Shown here: positions 34,611-45,310 of the stretch, piece by piece
Layout: every line of letters starts with the position of its first letter
Numbering within the stretch: the stretch's first letter is position 1
Position numbers and translations under genes: made by a program
The notes under the pieces: generated by a model
What the model was told of the DNA's origin: nothing
Databases searched by the model: none
Seen by the model: only the letters and a program-made list of their open reading frames with translations
Origin: Hyphomonas sp.
GTDB lineage: Bacteria; Pseudomonadota; Alphaproteobacteria; Caulobacterales; Hyphomonadaceae
NCBI RefSeq assembly: GCF_018402285.1
Contig: NZ_JAGYJH010000001.1
Coordinates: 83,589-147,588 of the forward strand
DNA length: 64,000 nt
Reading direction: 5' to 3'

Positions 34611-35447
34611 TCAGTTGCCGATCTCGGCGGAGGCCTGCCCCATCATGACCTGTGCCACTGCAATGACATCCTGAACAGGCTGGGCCTGCGGATCAATTGA
34701 CATCAGCGTCTTCTGACAACGGATGGCATCGCGCACCTTGGCATCGCGCATGACGGTCCCCGCAAGGCGCGGCCGGAAACCGAGGAAAGTCTGGCAGGCC
34801 CGCGCAATGGCTTCATAGGTGCGCTGTCCGGCGGCGCGCGTATCTGCCTGATTGATGCAGACCAGCGGCTCGACCGACGGCGCATAGCCGCGCAGAACCT
34901 TGATGAAGGCGTAGGCATCGGTCATCGAGGACGGATCATCCGTGATCACGATCAGCGCCTTGTCGCCCGAACGGGCCAGACGCATGCAGTTGGCTTCGAT
35001 CCCCGCGCCAAGGTCGATCACGACATGATCATACTGAAGCGCCAGAGCCGACAGGCCTGCGGCCAGGCGAGCTACTTCTTCGGTCGGCAGTTCGGCCAGC
35101 GCGCCCGAGCCCGAGCGTCCGGGCAGAACATCAAAGCCGCCATGGCCGGCGCCGCCATCAATCGGCGTCACAGCATCTTCCAGCTCAACCCAGCCAGCGA
35201 CAACAGCCGCAAGATCGGTCTCCGGCGCGATGCCCAGCTGAACGTCGACATTGGCAAGGCCAAGGTCGCCGTCGACGAGCAGCACGCGGCGGCCGGACTG
35301 GGCCAGCGAGGAGGCCAGCGAAATGGAGACGAACGTCTTGCCAACGCCGCCCTTGCCACTGGCAACGGTGATAACCGAAGCAGGGGTAACCCGCGGCGGC
35401 GGGCGAACGGGGGGACGGTCCTGGGATCTGCGAACGGCAAAGCTCAT
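34611..35447 (-). CDS. flhG: MinD/ParA family ATPase, FlhG/FleN-like
   Basis: SGKGGVGKT, DGDLGLANVD, DLGAG, SMTDAYAFIK. Confidence 0.75.
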   Translation of the reverse strand: MSFAVRRSQDRPPVRPPPRVTPASVITVASGKGGVGKTFVSISLASSLAQSGRRVLLVDGDLGLANVDVQLGIAPETDLAAVVAGWVELEDAVTPIDGGAGHGGFDVLPGRSGSGALAELPTEEVARLAAGLSALALQYDHVVIDLGAGIEANCMRLARSGDKALIVITDDPSSMTDAYAFIKVLRGYAPSVEPLVCINQADTRAAGQRTYEAIARACQTFLGFRPRLAGTVMRDAKVRDAIRCQKTLMSIDPQAQPVQDVIAVAQVMMGQASAEIGN

Positions 35448-35451
35448 GGGA

Positions 35452-36462
35452 TCATGCAGCTCCTCTGAGGGCAATCACGTCGCCGCGGGCATCTTCCATG
35501 AGAAGCGCAGCAAGACGTGACGGGGCAGCCGGAACAAGTCCGCCGCCAATGAAGGGCGTGATTGCCAGATGTGAGAAGGCGATTCCGGAAGACGTCAGGG
35601 CCGCAATGGCCCCGCCCCGGCGGCGCACAACATCAAGTTTCGTAAGGATCGCGCGGCGGACGCCGGCGCGGTGGAACGCCCGTGCCGATTCAGCCAGGTC
35701 GTCCGGATGCCCCTCCGCGGACAGCACAAGAACCGGCTCGGCGCGGATGGCGGCCACCAGATCGCCAAGGCTGGCTAGATCATCGCCCTCGAAGGGATTG
35801 ATCGCCGGAAGGTCGATTACACAACGGCGCCCTTCATTGCGCAGGGCACGCAACTCGCTGAACAGCGCATCGGGTGTTTCAGCAACGCGGATCTGGTCGC
35901 GCTCGCGCTCCAGATAGGCGGCGAGCTGTTCGCCCGCAGCAGAACCGTCGAGGTCTGCGGCAAGCGGCGTGATTTCAGTGCGGGCAACAGAGGCGCGGCG
36001 CGTCAGCTTGGCAGCCGTGGATGTCCGCCCGTGCCCGGGCGGACCAACAAGCAGAATGTCGCGGTCCATGCGCGCAGGGATCGGATCGCAGGTCACGAGG
36101 CGCGACAGGCCTTCTGCCATCGCTTCCTCAGGCGCGGAGAATTCTCCGGGGCGGCGCCCGGCGCCCTCGCTGGCCACGCGCTCGGCAAACCGTTGCGGCG
36201 CGCCATGCCAGAGCAGGGCATCACGGACCCGGGCAAAGATCGGATTGTCGACCCCGCGCCCATGGCCCAGATTGCGGGCATCCCGCAGGAAGACAGGTTC
36301 ATTGCTGGCAGCCGCAGCCCCGGCGCGATCGGTTGCCGCGCGAACCTCGACGCCGCCATCGACTTCCCGTTCGGACAGGATCACGGCATCTGCGCCCATC
36401 TCCGCAAAGATCATCGCCTTGGCAGCTTCCATCGATTCTGCAGCGAACATCTTCATGCGCAT
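35452..36462 (-). CDS. flhF: FlhF-like SRP-family GTPase (degenerate motifs)
   Basis: MRMKMFAAESMEAAKAMI..EMGADAVILS..GVEVRAA N-terminus; GPPGHGRTST; ILTKLD. Confidence 0.7.
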   Translation of the reverse strand: MRMKMFAAESMEAAKAMIFAEMGADAVILSEREVDGGVEVRAATDRAGAAAASNEPVFLRDARNLGHGRGVDNPIFARVRDALLWHGAPQRFAERVASEGAGRRPGEFSAPEEAMAEGLSRLVTCDPIPARMDRDILLVGPPGHGRTSTAAKLTRRASVARTEITPLAADLDGSAAGEQLAAYLERERDQIRVAETPDALFSELRALRNEGRRCVIDLPAINPFEGDDLASLGDLVAAIRAEPVLVLSAEGHPDDLAESARAFHRAGVRRAILTKLDVVRRRGGAIAALTSSGIAFSHLAITPFIGGGLVPAAPSRLAALLMEDARGDVIALRGAA

Positions 36463-36687
36463 GGGCGTCTTGTCCTCGGATCACGCTGGTGCGGCAGGAA
36501 GAAGGTGATTCTCCGAAGCGCCGCGAACTTGTACTCATTGAAGCCGCGCAAAAGTTAATTTTGTCCGAAATTCCGTTAGGGTTTACAGGAAATTCAGAAA
36601 ACTCCGGCCTTTCGTGCAGGCAGGACACAAGGCTGGTCCCGCCGTCCCGGCGGCCTATCCTGAAACTGAGAAACGATAGGATCAGGC

Positions 36688-37089
36688 ATGCAGATTACAG
36701 AAATCCTTGCAGTTACTGGCCTCGGGCTCGGGGCGGCCATGGGCCTGGGCGCCCTCCTCGTGCCGGAATGGGCCTCCGGGGTCGTGCGCCTGAAGGCTGA
36801 TCCGGCCAAAGGCGGAGGCTATTCGGAGTTCCGCGCCACCTATGGCGGCCTGCTTTTGATGGTTCACGGCGTTGCGCTGGTCATCGTCCTGATGACACCG
36901 GCAGCAGGCTCGGTCCTGGTCGTCATGCCGATCGCCGCCGGTTGGCTGGGGGCAGCCATCGGGCGGACCGTGGCACTGATCTTCGACCGCGCCAGGCTCG
37001 GCAACGCGAAGATCATCCCGATCTGGATGGCGACGGAGGTGGGCCTCGCCCTTGCTATTGGCGCCCCGGTCCTGCAATTCCTCAGCTGA
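36688..37089 (+). CDS. DUF4345-like membrane protein
   Basis: SEFRATYGG motif, four TM segments. Confidence 0.7.
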   Translation: MQITEILAVTGLGLGAAMGLGALLVPEWASGVVRLKADPAKGGGYSEFRATYGGLLLMVHGVALVIVLMTPAAGSVLVVMPIAAGWLGAAIGRTVALIFDRARLGNAKIIPIWMATEVGLALAIGAPVLQFLS

Positions 37090-37136
37090 AACCAGACCTT
37101 AGCCAGATCAAAGCCAGATCAAAGAAAGACATTGCC

Positions 37137-38050
37137 ATGACGGAGCGTCGCGAGACGGGCCGCCCGGCCCGGAAACCTTCCGGCCCAAAGCGGTCACCCC
37201 AACCCCGAAAACCTGCCGCTGTCCCTGCCGACTGGAGCGAGGGCGAACGGATCGCCAAATACCTCGCCCGGGCTGGCGTGGCGTCACGCCGGAGGTCGAA
37301 CGCCTCATCGAGGCGGGCGAAGTGACCGTAAATGGCCAGAAACTGTCGTCTCCCGCGTTCAAGGTGACGGGCAAGGAACTGATCAAGGTTGGCCGGAAGA
37401 CGATCCAGGCGCCCGACGCCAGCCGTCTCTGGCGCTATCACAAACCCTCTGGACTCATCACAACGACCAATGATCCCGCGGGCCGGCGGACGATCTTTGA
37501 CGAGCTTCCAAAATCCCTCCCCCGTACCGTGACCGTCGGACGGCTCGACCTGACAACCGAGGGCCTGCTGCTGCTGACCAATGACGGAGAGCTTGCGCGT
37601 TTCCTGGAGCTGCCGAAATCTGCTCTGGAGCGCACCTACCGTGTGCGCGCCAAGGGCACGGTCACCCAGCTCAAGATCGATGAACTGGCGAGCGGCATCA
37701 CGGTCGAGGGCGTCAAATATCAGCCGATCAGGGCTGTCTTTGATCGCGAGATGGGCGCCAACTCCTGGCTGACGGTCACTCTGACCGAAGGCAAGAACCG
37801 GGAAGTACGCAAAGCCCTGGAATCGGTCGGCCTGACCGTGAACCGGCTGATCCGGATCAGCTACGGCCCCTTCCTGCTGGCAGACCTGAAACCCGGGCAG
37901 GTCGATGAAGTTCCGCCCGACCTGCTGGAGACTGCCCTGGCCCAACTGGGGCACACGGTAGATTCTGCGCCGTCCAAGCCCGCCCCTGCCGCTAAGTCAC
38001 GCCTTGGCAGGCGAGGCCCTTCCGCTAGAGTAAAGGGGAAGCGGTCCTAG
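37137..38050 (+). pseudogene. rluB: RluB-like pseudouridine synthase with a single-base frameshift at ~37291
   Basis: S4 domain ERIAKYLARAGVASRR continues as EVERLIEAGEVTVNG if one G is added (CGG[G]AG); catalytic GRLD intact; likely a sequencing error. Confidence 0.8.
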
Positions 38051-38081
38051 TCGCCGCAAATCCGCTCTGGAGGAAAATCCG

Positions 38082-39419
38082 ATGTCCAATACCGATGTGC
38101 TGGCGGTTCCGCCGGACACAAAGAAAGATCCTGCGCGCCGCATGAGCGAAGCGGCGGCGGCAACCTGCGAGCAGATCGTGACGCCAGCGGTCTATGCGGA
38201 TCAGCCGGTTCTGGACGCGGCCTTCAAGCGCCTGCGGGCGCAAGACCCGCTCGCCTGGTGTGAGCCGAAGGATTTCCGTCCTTTCTGGGCGGTCACCAAG
38301 CATGCCGACATCATGGAAATCTCGCGCCAGAACCAGTTGTTCACGAACGGCCAGCGCGAGATGCTGTCCTATCACGAGGCCGAGAAGGGCGTGTACGCCA
38401 AGTTCGGCCAGCCCCACCTCCTCAAGACGCTCGTTCAGCTGGACGATCCGCTGCACTTCAAACTGCGCCACCTGACCCAGGAATGGTTCATGCCGCAGAA
38501 CGTGAAAAAGCGCGACGACGCCATCCGCAGCATCGCCAAACACTATGTCGACCGGATGGAAGACCTGGGGGGTGAATGCGACTTCCAGCGCGACGTTGCG
38601 CTTTACTATCCGCTGCGCGTGATCATGCAGATCCTGGGTGTTCCGGAGTCGGACGAGCCGATGATGCTCAAGCTGACACAGGAGATTTTCGGCGCGCAGG
38701 ACGAAGACCTGATGCGCGACAAATCCCTCGCCGAAGAGCGCGATGTCGAGAAGGGGCTTGCCTCCATTCAGGCGACGCTTGCCGAGTTCTTCATGTATTT
38801 CACCTCGATCACGGCAGACCGCCGCGCAAACCCGAAAGATGATGTTTCCACGGTCATCGCCAACGGAATGGTCGACGGCGAACCGATCGGCCAGCTCGAA
38901 GCGATGAGCTACTACATCATCACGGCAGCCGCGGGCCACGACACGACCAGTGCCTCGACCGGTGGCGGCGTGCTGGCCATGCTGCAGAGCCCGCCGGAAC
39001 TGAAGAAGATGATGGATGACCCAAAAGGCATGTCGCGCACCGCGGTGGACGAGGCCATCCGCTGGACGACGCCGGTCAAGCATTTCATGCGCACCGCGCA
39101 GGAAGACTACACCCTCCGTGGCAAGAATATCCTCAAGGGTGAAAGCCTGCTGCTCTGCTACCCGTCCGGGAACCGCGACGAAGAAGTCTTCGACGACCCG
39201 TTCAGCTTCAAGGCTGACCGCTCGCCCAACAAGCTGATCTCGTTCGGCTATGGCGGGCACATGTGCCTCGGCATGCACCTCGCACGCCTCGAGATGCAGG
39301 CGATCTATGAGGAGCTCTTCAGCCGCGTGAAATCCATCGAACTTGCCGGCGAGCCGAGCTTTATCAAGGCCAACTTTGTCGGCGGCCCGAAATCCATCCC
39401 GGTGCGGTACAAGTTCTGA
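38082..39419 (+). CDS. Cytochrome P450
   Basis: AGHDTT I-helix, EAIRW, FGYGGHMCLG heme motif. Confidence 0.95.
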   Translation: MSNTDVLAVPPDTKKDPARRMSEAAAATCEQIVTPAVYADQPVLDAAFKRLRAQDPLAWCEPKDFRPFWAVTKHADIMEISRQNQLFTNGQREMLSYHEAEKGVYAKFGQPHLLKTLVQLDDPLHFKLRHLTQEWFMPQNVKKRDDAIRSIAKHYVDRMEDLGGECDFQRDVALYYPLRVIMQILGVPESDEPMMLKLTQEIFGAQDEDLMRDKSLAEERDVEKGLASIQATLAEFFMYFTSITADRRANPKDDVSTVIANGMVDGEPIGQLEAMSYYIITAAAGHDTTSASTGGGVLAMLQSPPELKKMMDDPKGMSRTAVDEAIRWTTPVKHFMRTAQEDYTLRGKNILKGESLLLCYPSGNRDEEVFDDPFSFKADRSPNKLISFGYGGHMCLGMHLARLEMQAIYEELFSRVKSIELAGEPSFIKANFVGGPKSIPVRYKF

Positions 39420-39487
39420 TGCCTGGGGGCGCTCCCGGGCGCCCCGCCCTGCCCCGCCTTTCCGAACAGAGACCGAGAGCCACGCCC

Positions 39488-40819
39488 ATGACCTTCACAA
39501 ATGTCACTGAAACCTATCAGGTCGAGAGCCCTCCCAAAGAGCCCAAATTCGGCAAGGCCTATGCTCTCAGTCCGCCCCAGGATCTTACCCAGCCGACTGT
39601 CTTCTCCGACCATGGCGGGTACACACACGAAGCCTTCGCCACCATGCGTGGCAAGGCGCCGGTCATGTGGCACCCTGAACAATACGGCGCAGGGTTCTGG
39701 GCGATCACCTCCTACGATCTCGTCAAGAAGGTGGAACTCGCGCCCGAGACGTTTTCGTCCCAGAAGGGCGGCATCCTGATGAATTACGGTATGGAGGGCA
39801 CGCCCCGCCATCCGCTGCTGCATTCATCTTCTCTCAACTCGCTGATCAATCTCGACCGGCCGTATCATACGCCTCTCCGCATGGAGCATATGGCCTATTT
39901 CCGGGCAGACTTCGTTGCTGAATTGAGGAAGCGGGTGGACGTGGAAGTCAACCGCCTCCTCGACACGATGGAAGCGCAAGGTCCGGTCATCGACATGGTG
40001 GAGATGTTCTCCGCCGAACTTCCTCTCTTCACGCTCTGCGAAATCCTTGGCGTTCCGCCGGCAGACCGCCCGAAACTGGTCCACTGGATGCACTTCCTGG
40101 AGACTTCGCAGTACCAGGCTCAGCAGGAAGGCCTCGGCAACGTCTCGCCCGAGCAGATCATGACGTTCATGACCGAAATCCAGGCGATGTTTGAATATGG
40201 CCGCTACCTGCTGGAAGAGCGCCGGAAAAATCCGCAGCCCGATCTTCTCTCGGCAATTGCCAATGTCCAGATCGATGGCAAGCCGCTGTCGCCCGAATTC
40301 CTTGATGGCTCGTGGTTGCTGATCGTTTTTGCCGGCAATGACACGACCCGCAACTCCCTCTCCGGCACGATGCGCCTCCTGACGGAATATCCGGAGCTGC
40401 GCGAGCAGCTGAAAGAAAAGCCTGAGCGCTTCCCCAACTTCGTCAACGAAGCCATCCGCATGGTAACGCCTGTAACCTATATGCGCCGCACCGCCACGCA
40501 GGACACAGAGCTTGGCGACCAGAAGATCGCTGAAGGCGAGAAGATCGTCATGTATTATGCAGCCGCCAACCGCGACCCGGCAAAGTTTGAAAATCCTGAC
40601 CGGTTCGATATCGACCGCGCCAACGCCAGGGAGCACCTTGCCTTCGGCCATGGACCACACGTTTGCCTTGGCCAGCGCGTTGCCAACATGCAGCTGGAGT
40701 CAGCTTACCGGCATATTCTCTCGCGCTTTCCGAATGTCCGCTGGACCGGTGAACAGACGATTGCACCCAACAACTTCGTACACGCCATTTCTTCCCTCAT
40801 GGTGGACCTTGGCAAATGA
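39488..40819 (+). CDS. Cytochrome P450
   Basis: [20 protein letters not shown]. Confidence 0.95.
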   Translation: MTFTNVTETYQVESPPKEPKFGKAYALSPPQDLTQPTVFSDHGGYTHEAFATMRGKAPVMWHPEQYGAGFWAITSYDLVKKVELAPETFSSQKGGILMNYGMEGTPRHPLLHSSSLNSLINLDRPYHTPLRMEHMAYFRADFVAELRKRVDVEVNRLLDTMEAQGPVIDMVEMFSAELPLFTLCEILGVPPADRPKLVHWMHFLETSQYQAQQEGLGNVSPEQIMTFMTEIQAMFEYGRYLLEERRKNPQPDLLSAIANVQIDGKPLSPEFLDGSWLLIVFAGNDTTRNSLSGTMRLLTEYPELREQLKEKPERFPNFVNEAIRMVTPVTYMRRTATQDTELGDQKIAEGEKIVMYYAAANRDPAKFENPDRFDIDRANAREHLAFGHGPHVCLGQRVANMQLESAYRHILSRFPNVRWTGEQTIAPNNFVHAISSLMVDLGK

Positions 40820-41559
40820 CCACTGTCCTGCGCGAAGACCGGGACGGCCTTGCCGTCCTGACGCTTAACCGGCCCGACAAGCTGAACGCCCTCACCGTCG
40901 GCATGTTTGCAGAGCTGCGCGCGCATGTGACGGCGCTCTACAAGGACGACACCATCGGCTGCGTCGTTCTGCGCGGCGCAGGCAAGTGCTTCTCGGCAGG
41001 CCACGATCTTGCCGATATTGCCGAAGGCGAGAAAGTGCCCTCGCGCGGCTGGCATTCTGAAACCTTGCGCATGATGGAGCGCCTGCCCAAGCCGGTGATC
41101 GCAGCTGTGCACGGGCATTGCTATACCGGGGCGCTGGAAGTGGCGCTGGCGGCAGATTTCATCATTGCCGCCGAAAGCGCAAAGTTTGGCGATACGCATG
41201 CAAAATGGGCGCTCACTCCGATCTGGGGCATGAGCCAGCGCCTGCCCCGGCGCGTCGGCATTGCCACGGCAAAGCGCCTGATGTTTACGGCCGAAATGAT
41301 CAGGGCGGATGAAGCCTTCCGGATCGGTCTTGCAGAAAAGGTTGTTCCGGACGCTGATTTCGATGCCGAGATCGACAAGCTCGCCCGGCAGATCCTCGCC
41401 AACTCGCCCTTCAGCCATGCCGCCAACAAGCGCCTGCTGGAAGCAACTGACGCGCGGGATATGGACAGCGGCCTGCAATGGGAAATACTTAACAATGAGG
41501 GCGTAGGCCCTGACATGCAGGCTCGCATCGGCGCATTCATGGGGAAAGGCCGAAGCTGA
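40816..41559 (+). CDS. Enoyl-CoA hydratase/isomerase
   Basis: LNRPDKLNAL, FSAGHDL, GALEVALAAD; ATGA-coupled to the P450. Confidence 0.9.
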   Translation: MTTVLREDRDGLAVLTLNRPDKLNALTVGMFAELRAHVTALYKDDTIGCVVLRGAGKCFSAGHDLADIAEGEKVPSRGWHSETLRMMERLPKPVIAAVHGHCYTGALEVALAADFIIAAESAKFGDTHAKWALTPIWGMSQRLPRRVGIATAKRLMFTAEMIRADEAFRIGLAEKVVPDADFDAEIDKLARQILANSPFSHAANKRLLEATDARDMDSGLQWEILNNEGVGPDMQARIGAFMGKGRS

Positions 41560-41580
41560 GCTCCAAAAAGGGGACTGAAC

Positions 41581-42651
41581 TTGGCTGACTTTCTGATCCG
41601 GCGCGGCAATCTGCGCGACACTTCCTGGACCCATACACCGCTGCCTGCGCTGGCAGAGGGGAAGGCGCGGCTGAAGGTCGATGCCTTCGCGCTGACGGCC
41701 AACAATGTCACCTATGCCAGCTTTGGCGAGGCGATGGGCTACTGGAACTTTTTCCCAGCCGCTGACCCGGCCTTTGGCCGCGTGCCGGTCTGGGGCTTTG
41801 CCACCGTCACCGAGTCAAAGGCCGATGGTGTGGCGCCCGGCGCGCGCGTCTATGGCTACCTGCCGATCTCGGATGAATTTGACATTCAGCCCGTGCGCGT
41901 CAGCCAGACCAGCTGCATGGACGGCGCCGCGCACCGCCAGGGCCTCGCCCCGATCTACAATACCTACATCTTCAACGCCGCTGACCCGTCTTACAATCCT
42001 GCCTTTGAAGCTCAGCAGATGCTGTTCCGTCCGCTGTTCACCACGGGCTGGATGATCGACGACTGCCTTATGGAAGCGGGCACGGACATTCCCGAAACGG
42101 TGGTGATTTCCTCTGCCTCATCCAAGACAGCGCTGGCACTTGCCCATTGCCTGAAGCAACGCGGCGCTGTGGAGGCCATCGGTCTGACCTCGCCAGCAAA
42201 CAAGGCCTATGTCGAAGCCTCCGGCCTCTATGCCCGGACGGTCACCTATGACGAGGTTGACCGGCTGCATGCGCGTGGCCTGACTGCCTATGTGGATTTT
42301 GTCGGGCGCCCTGCCCTGACGGCCGACATTCATCATGCGCTCAAGGACAGGTTGGTGCGCAGCCTGGTTATCGGCGTCACCGACTGGGAGGGCAACCGCG
42401 CGCCGGTAGAGGCACCCGGGCCGCAACCGGAATTCTTCTTTGTTCCGACCTATGCCGCCGCGCGGGCAAAAGCTCTTGGGGCTGATGAGCTGAATGCGCG
42501 CACGTCAAAGGCGCTTGCCGGGTTCTATGCCGCTTCGGAAAAATACCTGACCCCCAGCCATCTGCAGGGCCAAAGCGCGATTGAGACGGCCTGGCAGGAT
42601 ACTCTGGCCGCCAGGGTTGCCCCGTCAACTGGCCTGATCCTCAGCCTCTGA
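41581..42651 (+). CDS. DUF2855 family protein
   Basis: FALTANNVTYA, YWNFFP, PVWGFA, SSASSKTA, EFFF.P. Confidence 0.8.
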   Translation: MADFLIRRGNLRDTSWTHTPLPALAEGKARLKVDAFALTANNVTYASFGEAMGYWNFFPAADPAFGRVPVWGFATVTESKADGVAPGARVYGYLPISDEFDIQPVRVSQTSCMDGAAHRQGLAPIYNTYIFNAADPSYNPAFEAQQMLFRPLFTTGWMIDDCLMEAGTDIPETVVISSASSKTALALAHCLKQRGAVEAIGLTSPANKAYVEASGLYARTVTYDEVDRLHARGLTAYVDFVGRPALTADIHHALKDRLVRSLVIGVTDWEGNRAPVEAPGPQPEFFFVPTYAAARAKALGADELNARTSKALAGFYAASEKYLTPSHLQGQSAIETAWQDTLAARVAPSTGLILSL

Positions 42652-42655
42652 ACTG

Positions 42656-43513
42656 TCAGCGCGGCGTCACCTTGATCTCGGTACGGCGGTTGCGGGCATG
42701 GGCCTCTGCCGTCGAGCCGCTGTCAATGGGCTGTGTCTCGCCATAACCGACAGCTTTGATCGTATCCTCCGCAAGGCCCTTGCCAACAAGATAGTTGCGC
42801 AGGGCATCGGCGCGCTCCTGGGAAATCCGAAGGTTGTAGCCGTCCGCGCCGCGCGTATCCGAATGGACACCAATCTCAATCTCGAAGGCACGGCACAGCA
42901 TGGAAATGCCGCCCAGCGCGTCGACCAGCGGTAAACTGACAGGAGAGATTTCTCCCCGGATATTTCCGAACTGGATCGTGCGCCCGCTGAGCGTGGCATC
43001 AAAAGCCGCCTTGCAGCTCTCCGCTGTGGTCAGTTGACCGGCCAATGATGCGAGCGGAACACCGAGCCCCTGCTCGCCGCCTTCCACGGAAATCCCGTCG
43101 ACAATGATAAGGCCCGCAACGCCCGCGCGGGGGTGGCCTTCGATGGCCGCAAGACCGGCAGAAAGACCATAAGCCTTTGCATCTGCGTCAGGCGCGGTGC
43201 CGGTGATAATGGCAACCTGATCGCGGATCGTTACGCCGAGCCATTCGATGCCTGCAGCTTTCAGCCCGGTGTCGATTTCCTGCGCCCACAAGGCCGGATT
43301 GCTCGCGGCAAGCTCCGGCGGCGTCGTGCTGACCATGAGACGCCCGTCGCGCATTTCATACATGCCGTCCGCAATCGGCACACATTCGTCGCCATTTACC
43401 ATAGGCAGCGCTGGCGCCGTTTGCGGCTGAGACGGCGCCTCACCACAGGCGGCCAATGCCAGAATGGCGCTTGCCGGAAGCAAAAGGGAGCGGATAGCCA
43501 TGACTTTCCTCAT
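42656..43513 (-). CDS. OmpA-family lipoprotein
   Basis: Lipobox LAAC; HSDTRG..YNLRISQERA, GYGETQP, RNRRTE. Confidence 0.85.
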   Translation of the reverse strand: MRKVMAIRSLLLPASAILALAACGEAPSQPQTAPALPMVNGDECVPIADGMYEMRDGRLMVSTTPPELAASNPALWAQEIDTGLKAAGIEWLGVTIRDQVAIITGTAPDADAKAYGLSAGLAAIEGHPRAGVAGLIIVDGISVEGGEQGLGVPLASLAGQLTTAESCKAAFDATLSGRTIQFGNIRGEISPVSLPLVDALGGISMLCRAFEIEIGVHSDTRGADGYNLRISQERADALRNYLVGKGLAEDTIKAVGYGETQPIDSGSTAEAHARNRRTEIKVTPR

Positions 43514-43613
43514 ACTGGCAACACCCGAGAGCCAGGCTTTGCCGACTTGAACTCAACAAGCAGCGCAGCCGCCGCTGTCAAAACGGCGCCTGCCCTGCCC
43601 CCGCCCCTGCAAT

Positions 43614-44891
43614 TTACCTGCCGGACTTGTAGACCTCACCGCCCTTCATGACAAAGGCCACCTTTTCCAGTGCCCGGATGTCCTTCAGCGGGTCGGTGGT
43701 GACGGCTATGATGTCGGCGTATTTGCCTGTTTCCAGCGTGCCGATGTCATCAGACATCTCCAGATGCTCTGCGGCAACAACTGTCGCTGAGCGGATCGCC
43801 TCTTCTGGCGTGAAACCGGCTTCGACCATCAGGGCAAACTCCTGGGCGTTGTCGCCATGGCGGGAGACGCCGGTGTCGGTTCCAAAGGCAACATTGACGC
43901 CGCCTTCATGAGCCCTGCGCAGCATTTCGATCATCAGGGGCCCCACTTCAGCCGCCTTGGCGCGCGAGGCCGCCGGCAACCAGGGCTCGTTCGTCCAGCC
44001 GGTAACGGTAGCGCCCGCAAGCACCGTCGGCACCAGCGTTGCGCCATTGTCCCTGAACAGGGCGATCGAACCTGCATCGAGATAGGTGCCGTGTTCAATC
44101 GAATCGACGCCGGCACGCAGGGCGGCGTCGACACCGCTCTTGCCGTGGGCATGCGCCGTCACCTTGCGGCCCATGGAGTGGGCTGCGTCGACAATGGCGA
44201 CCAGCTCTTCATCCGTGAACTGCTGTTCGAGGCCGGCCGCTGTGTTGGAAAGGACCCCGCCGGTGGCTGTGATCTTGATGAGGTCAGCCCCCTCCTTGAT
44301 CTGCTGGCGCACCGCGCGACGGCAATCATCTGCGCCATTGCAGATGTTCGCGCCGGTGAAAGCCGCCATCACGCGCGCCGAGTAGCCGTTGATGTCGCCA
44401 TGCCCGCCGGTGACAGCGACGCTCGCGCCGGACGCGCGGAGCCGGGGCCCGGCGACTGCGCCGCGGGCGATGGCATCGCGAAGTCCGAAAATGGAATCGT
44501 TGGGCGCGCCCACATCCTGGACGGTCGTGAACCCGGCTTTCAGCGTGACCAGCGCAAACGCTGCGCCGTCAAACGCGGTGTCCACATCGGAATTCTCAAA
44601 CTCCTTGATGCGGCCGTCAGGGCCGTTTTCGCCGGTGATGTGAACATGGCTGTCGATGAGCCCTGGCAGCAGGTAAGCATCGCGCAGGTTGATGACCGTG
44701 TAGTCCCTGGGCTTGGAATAGCCTGCCGTGATGGAGACGATGCGTCCGTCCTCCACCAGAATAGTCTGGCGTGTCAGATAGCCCTCGCCGGGTTTTGCCA
44801 GAACATACCCTGCATGGATGACGGCGTCCTCAGCGGCAGAAGACGCCGCAAACATGAGCGCGCCGAGCGCAGCAGCTATTATTTTTTTCAA
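43614..44891 (-). CDS. Secreted metal-dependent amidohydrolase
   Basis: Signal peptide; PGLIDSHVH, AHAHG, SIEHG, FGTDTG; paralog of 8430-9737. Confidence 0.85.
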   Translation of the reverse strand: MKKIIAAALGALMFAASSAAEDAVIHAGYVLAKPGEGYLTRQTILVEDGRIVSITAGYSKPRDYTVINLRDAYLLPGLIDSHVHITGENGPDGRIKEFENSDVDTAFDGAAFALVTLKAGFTTVQDVGAPNDSIFGLRDAIARGAVAGPRLRASGASVAVTGGHGDINGYSARVMAAFTGANICNGADDCRRAVRQQIKEGADLIKITATGGVLSNTAAGLEQQFTDEELVAIVDAAHSMGRKVTAHAHGKSGVDAALRAGVDSIEHGTYLDAGSIALFRDNGATLVPTVLAGATVTGWTNEPWLPAASRAKAAEVGPLMIEMLRRAHEGGVNVAFGTDTGVSRHGDNAQEFALMVEAGFTPEEAIRSATVVAAEHLEMSDDIGTLETGKYADIIAVTTDPLKDIRALEKVAFVMKGGEVYKSGR

Positions 44892-44950
44892 AGGTATTTT
44901 CTCCCCTTACATCTGTGCACCGTAGCGTTTCCCGCCACACTTTCAACGCC

Positions 44951-45310
44951 TCAGGCGAGCGATCCGCCGTCAAACGGGGGAAGCGCGGCCTGCAGCTTCT
45001 TGGTCAGTTTCAAGCGGACAATCGCATAGGCCTGCGTGATCCGCTGGCGCAGCTCTTCCTCCGGCAGGTCATCGGGGCCAACCTCCACCCATTTTGCCCG
45101 CGCCAGATAGGGCGCCGGCCGGCCGGTGCCGGTCTCCACCAGGACATGAAAGGCCTCATCGCTGCATTTGAAAGAGATGCGGCGGCAGGCATTGTCGGTG
45201 GCCGCAAACATCTTGCCGGCGACCTTGTAGATCTGATCGTCGCCCCATTGCACCATGCACTCTGCCCCGGGCAAGGACAGGCAATGCTTCCGCAACCGGG
45301 CGGGCGTCAT
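44951..45310 (-). CDS. MmcQ/YjbR family protein
   Basis: CLSLPGA, YKVAGKMFA, APYLARAKWV. Confidence 0.85.
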   Translation of the reverse strand: MTPARLRKHCLSLPGAECMVQWGDDQIYKVAGKMFAATDNACRRISFKCSDEAFHVLVETGTGRPAPYLARAKWVEVGPDDLPEEELRQRITQAYAIVRLKLTKKLQAALPPFDGGSLA

